Source: a virus. From it: a DNA stretch of 10,396 bases. The notes beneath the pieces were generated by a model that worked only from the letters and a program-made list of their open reading frames with translations, was not told where the DNA came from and did not search any database. Position 1 is the first letter of the stretch; the number at the start of each line of letters is the position of its first letter. Positions 7,387 through 10,396 of this stretch are shown here, piece by piece. Location of the stretch: the UHGV virus genome UHGV-1616493; one strand, written 5' to 3'. Both the position numbers and the translations under genes were made by a program.

Positions 7387-7833
7387 TTAGACTGCGGTTG
7401 CGGTCGGGAAGTCACCCGCACAGGTGTAACCGTAGGATTCCAGACGTTCCACACCATCAGTGGCGATCAAGAGCAAGATCACCTGTTCTGGTGTCAGGTC
7501 CAGATTCAGTTTTTCTCTATATAGCTCGCGGTAGCCCTGTAACACAGGATTCAGGATTTGCGTTAAGGAATTACCCTCAGCATATTTATTGCTCAGAGGC
7601 TTCAGCACCGTCTTAACCACTCGTGCCTGCTTCGCTTTCTTCCGCGCCTGCTTCAGGATTTGCAGGCAGACGGCGATCTGAGGAAGTCGAGCATGTACAG
7701 CGTCTGCCCCGCCGTTTCTACTAATGAAGGCCCACAAAGCTGATTTGGTGTATTTGCCGTTCAGGATGAGATCAGCGATCTGCTCGCCTGTCATAGTGGT
7801 CAGGTCGAGACGTTGGGATTTTGGTTTATTCAT
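7387..7833 (-). CDS. Hypothetical protein (148 aa), first gene of the minus-strand array
   Basis: ATG at 7833 with GGAG and a 6-nt spacer; preceded by a long AT-rich untranslated region. Predicted helical and basic; no family recognised. Confidence 0.55.
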   Translation of the reverse strand: MNKPKSQRLDLTTMTGEQIADLILNGKYTKSALWAFISRNGGADAVHARLPQIAVCLQILKQARKKAKQARVVKTVLKPLSNKYAEGNSLTQILNPVLQGYRELYREKLNLDLTPEQVILLLIATDGVERLESYGYTCAGDFPTATAV

Positions 7834-8049
7834 TGGGTTCTCCGTTCTGTTAAAAGAATTATTCGCGGAGGTTCTATTTGTAACCCATTTTGTATTGCCG
7901 TGAGGTTGACAAGGAATGTCGTGATGACGGCAGAATTATTCGAGGATTCGTAGGTAAATCATTACCCTACTAAAATCTATTGTATCAGATTTGTTTGTAA
8001 ATAGCAATCATTATCATGTAGCATTTTATAATGCATAATAATCACCATA

Positions 8050-8078
8050 ACATTACAAGTTTAAAAAATCTTTGTCAA
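8050..8078 (-). promoter_or_regulatory. Candidate sigma70 promoter driving the minus-strand array
   Basis: On the minus strand: TTGACA (8078-8073), 17-bp A/T-rich spacer, TAATGT (8055-8050). It lies in an AT-rich zone (about 7960-8080) with several imperfect palindromes, roughly 210 nt upstream of the first gene. Confidence 0.35.
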
Positions 8079-8286
8079 TAGTGCTAGATCGTTCTGTGAC
8101 GCGTTCTGCGGGGACTCGTCGTTATAGCAGTACCATCGTGTTACCCACACCATTTAAACGCCGTAGAGAGGCGCTGAGGAAGTCAGTTAGACAACCCGCG
8201 CCGCCCCGGAGTGAACCGGACAGATGCAAAGCAGTCCTCTCCGCCGTGCTCCGATCCACATATGGCGAACAAGTTCGCAGCTTCCA

Positions 8287-8470
8287 CACAGAGTGAGAGC
8301 GTAGCTCTCTGGCGTAGCCTGTCGGGTTACCCGAGTCACAGAGCGTAGCGATGTGTTAACGAGGGTTAGAAGGTCACGAGATGGCGCGGCTGTTTCACGT
8401 CAGCAAAGGTGAGCTTCTTACCACAAACATATCTGAAGTGGCTGACCAGCCATTGCAGAGCGGAGCGATG
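8287..8470. repeat. Dispersed GAGCGTAGC-type motif copies in a GC-rich non-coding block
   Basis: CAGAGCGTAGCGATG (8339-8353) and CAGAGCGGAGCGATG (8456-8470) match 14/15. GAGAGC-gta-GCTCTC forms a perfect hairpin at 8295-8309, and GGCGTAGC occurs at 8311-8318. Confidence 0.45.
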
Positions 8471-8581
8471 CAGAAGCATCACTATTAAAACTAACAGAAT
8501 GACCAACCGTCATTCCGTGCTCTCGACCTGGAGGTACTTTTCTTATCAGTTCTTTTATGGAGATTGTTATTTATTATTATT

Positions 8582-8672
8582 GTGCTCGAAAATCGACTAC
8601 CCCCTACTCGAAAATCGTGCAGGTAGGTGCTCGAAAATCGAGGGGGTGGGTACACGAAAATCGTGCAGGTAT
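8582..8672. repeat. Iteron-like array: four copies of CTCGAAAATCG phased at 22-23 bp, next to an AT-rich tract
   Basis: Copies at 8585-8595, 8607-8617, 8630-8640 and 8653-8663 (the last is CACGAAAATCG). Alternate units carry TCGTGCAGGTA (8615-8625, 8661-8671); the others carry inverted ACCCCCT (8599-8605) and AGGGGGT (8641-8647). AT-rich tract at 8541-8583. Confidence 0.6.
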
Positions 8673-9964
8673 CACCGGGTGAGAATTTTCCAAGTCATCC
8701 AAGCGACCAACGCACCGATGAAAACTTCTGGTTTGATATGTCCGCGTCATGCTTCAATGGCACAATCGACGGCAACACCTGAGGCGGTCCAGGCACCTGA
8801 TCCGCTCCGAGAATTGATCATCTCCCTCCCCCGCTTTCATCTGAAAATACCGACCATTCTCCGCGCTGGCTGAAGATTGGCAACCCTATACTAGTTTTCT
8901 GTGAAAATTTGGTGGATGATCTTTATCATTGGCTATCCTGCGAACAAAGTAGATTAAATACACCTCAAATAGCCTATAATCCGTAGTTAATCATGCTAAA
9001 GTGGTCACTAAACGTACAAATCACAAGTTTGTACCTATGGGCGTTATGGTGTGGTGCATGCAGCGAAGCCAGTAATGGCGCGGCCTAGGCGAATCCGCCA
9101 ATTGAATGGGTGCTAAACACAACCCACTTTCTGAACCATCTTTTTACAAAAAATAAAAAAGACACATTAAAACTAAAACAGATGTCCTCTGGTGGTTCCT
9201 GTATCGCGCTGTGGGATGTCGTGGATTATCGGTACGTCAGTTTACATCTGGGGGGATAACGCACTGTAGCGCTTCTGGTGGAGCGTAGAAGGGATTGGTG
9301 GGTTGGCTGTTTACATTGTTTTGGGAAATGGTACGAAACAGTGGCGGTCAGGCTCGTGAATATCACCAGGTGATGGCAGACCTTCAGCCCGTTGTGGTAA
9401 CGTCGGTGTAGTGGCTTTGTGTCTGCTGGTAAACAGAAAAAAGTGCTTTTATGGCGTTTGACACACTGGCAGCCTCAAAGGTCTGAAACCTGAAATTGTG
9501 TGGTGACCAGGCAAACTCATCCAAAATCCTTGAACAAGAGAACTCACCTCGAATCCTCCTGAATGCTTTCCTTCTGTTGGTGAAATCGCTGTTGTGTACC
9601 CAGCTTCGCGTCAACGTTCCGAAAAGTAATACCTGACCATTCCAGTCAAGTACTTATAAGAACCATTATGTTAAATAGACCAGAAAACGAACAGTAGAAT
9701 GCCCTATTGCGGCAAGTTTTCCCTGCTGTGATGCTCTACGGGATGAAGTGGTGAAATACGTTACTGGGCCTGTCGGCTCTGCGATATTTCAGCAAGAAGA
9801 TAAGAAATTATTGAGGGATCGTCTGTCACGTCAGGCACCTGGCCCAGAGAGCCGTAAGATATTTTCAGCAAGAGCATGTAAGCTGGATCGTCAAATAGCA
9901 GGGACATCCATGAGGTGGGGTAGATGAGTTGCCGGGAATTTTACCCGGCAGACCGTATGACAGA

Positions 9965-10387
9965 TTAGTTAAAGGTGCAGTTTCCGCCAGACGGTGCACC
10001 GATGAAAAACTGCATCTTTTCGCAAGTCACGGTGATCTTCTGGCCCTTTTCCAATTTCGACGCTTTCGCCTTTTCTGAATCAGACATACTCAGACTGACT
10101 GGCATGAAGCGATTACCGCTTTCAAGTTTAAGAACTACATCATCCGTGAAATTTTTTGTTATGTCCTGTACAGTTCCGGTTACTTCCACCTTACGACCAC
10201 CAATTTTGTCATCGGCTGCAACCTCGTTAGCTTTATAAAGTTCAGCCAGAGCTAGTGCTTTTGTACGGTAAATTGCATCATCAGAAGCTGGCACTTTGGG
10301 TTTACTATCGGCAACCTGCGATTGTTCCGGATTAGTCATACTAGGGAAGGTGCGAACAAGTTCCTGATATGAGATCATCATATTCAT
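9965..10387 (-). CDS. OB-fold (tRNA_anti-like type) domain protein; N-terminus may lie beyond the window edge
   Basis: The motif pattern ...LYKANEVAADDKIGGRKVEVTGTVQDI...KLEKGQKITVTCEK... matches my memory of the tRNA_anti-like OB-fold family. The frame stays open from the ATG at 10387 to the window edge at 10396, so the real start may be upstream. Confidence 0.5.
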   Translation of the reverse strand: MNMMISYQELVRTFPSMTNPEQSQVADSKPKVPASDDAIYRTKALALAELYKANEVAADDKIGGRKVEVTGTVQDITKNFTDDVVLKLESGNRFMPVSLSMSDSEKAKASKLEKGQKITVTCEKMQFFIGAPSGGNCTFN

Positions 10388-10396
10388 CCGGAGCGC

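Larger units (their letters stand above)
935..7833 (-). mobile_element. Phage-derived gene block (regulators, tape-measure-like protein, decoration and major capsid genes), either a prophage fragment or a satellite-like element
   Basis: Co-oriented, tightly packed and overlapping genes with virion-protein character, bounded by long non-coding regions. No integrase, terminase large subunit or portal lies within the window. Confidence 0.45.

Noticed and set aside
5512-7616. Plus-strand ORFs 5512..5787, 5565..5894, 6533..6880, 6556..6798, 6795..7013, 7276..7524 and 7374..7616
   Set aside because: All are antisense to minus-strand genes that have good ribosome-binding sites; their translations are Cys/Arg/Pro-rich and not protein-like.
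8582-8672. CRISPR array
   Set aside because: The repeats are 11 bp with 11-12 bp between them, far shorter than CRISPR repeats and spacers, and the intervening segments are themselves repeated.
8072-8873. ORFs 8072..8296 and 8409..8873 in the non-coding region
   Set aside because: Arg/Ser/Cys-rich composition; the second starts at GTG and reads straight through the iteron array.
9384-9614. 76-aa minus-strand ORF
   Set aside because: No ribosome-binding site and a basic, low-complexity translation.
7834-9964. tRNA, tmRNA, RNase P RNA or retron ncRNA
   Set aside because: I found no T-loop or acceptor-like motifs and no resemblance to the enterobacterial tmRNA or RNase P sequences I recall, and there is no reverse transcriptase gene nearby. 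Only a covariance-model scan could settle this.
9975-10238. 87-aa plus-strand ORF
   Set aside because: Antisense to the OB-fold gene.

Overview
The window looks like part of a phage-derived element (prophage remnant or phage satellite), read from the sequence and ORF track only; no database search was possible. One long minus-strand gene array (7833 down to 935) encodes three small putative regulators, two in-frame ORFs split by a single TAA, a 713-aa coiled-coil protein with a Gly-rich hydrophobic segment (tape-measure-like), then, after a 640-bp hairpin-rich leader, a head-decoration-like gene and a lambda gpE-like major capsid gene. No terminase large subunit, portal or prohead protease is visible. 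The array ends at a bidirectional intrinsic terminator shared with a convergent, AT-rich plus-strand gene (291..926) for a membrane-anchored protein of unknown function. Right of the array is about 2.1 kb with no credible ORF, containing an AT-rich promoter zone, a GC-rich repeat-bearing block and four phased 11-bp iterons. A minus-strand OB-fold gene runs off the right edge. All functional calls are motif- and context-based, and confidences are set accordingly.
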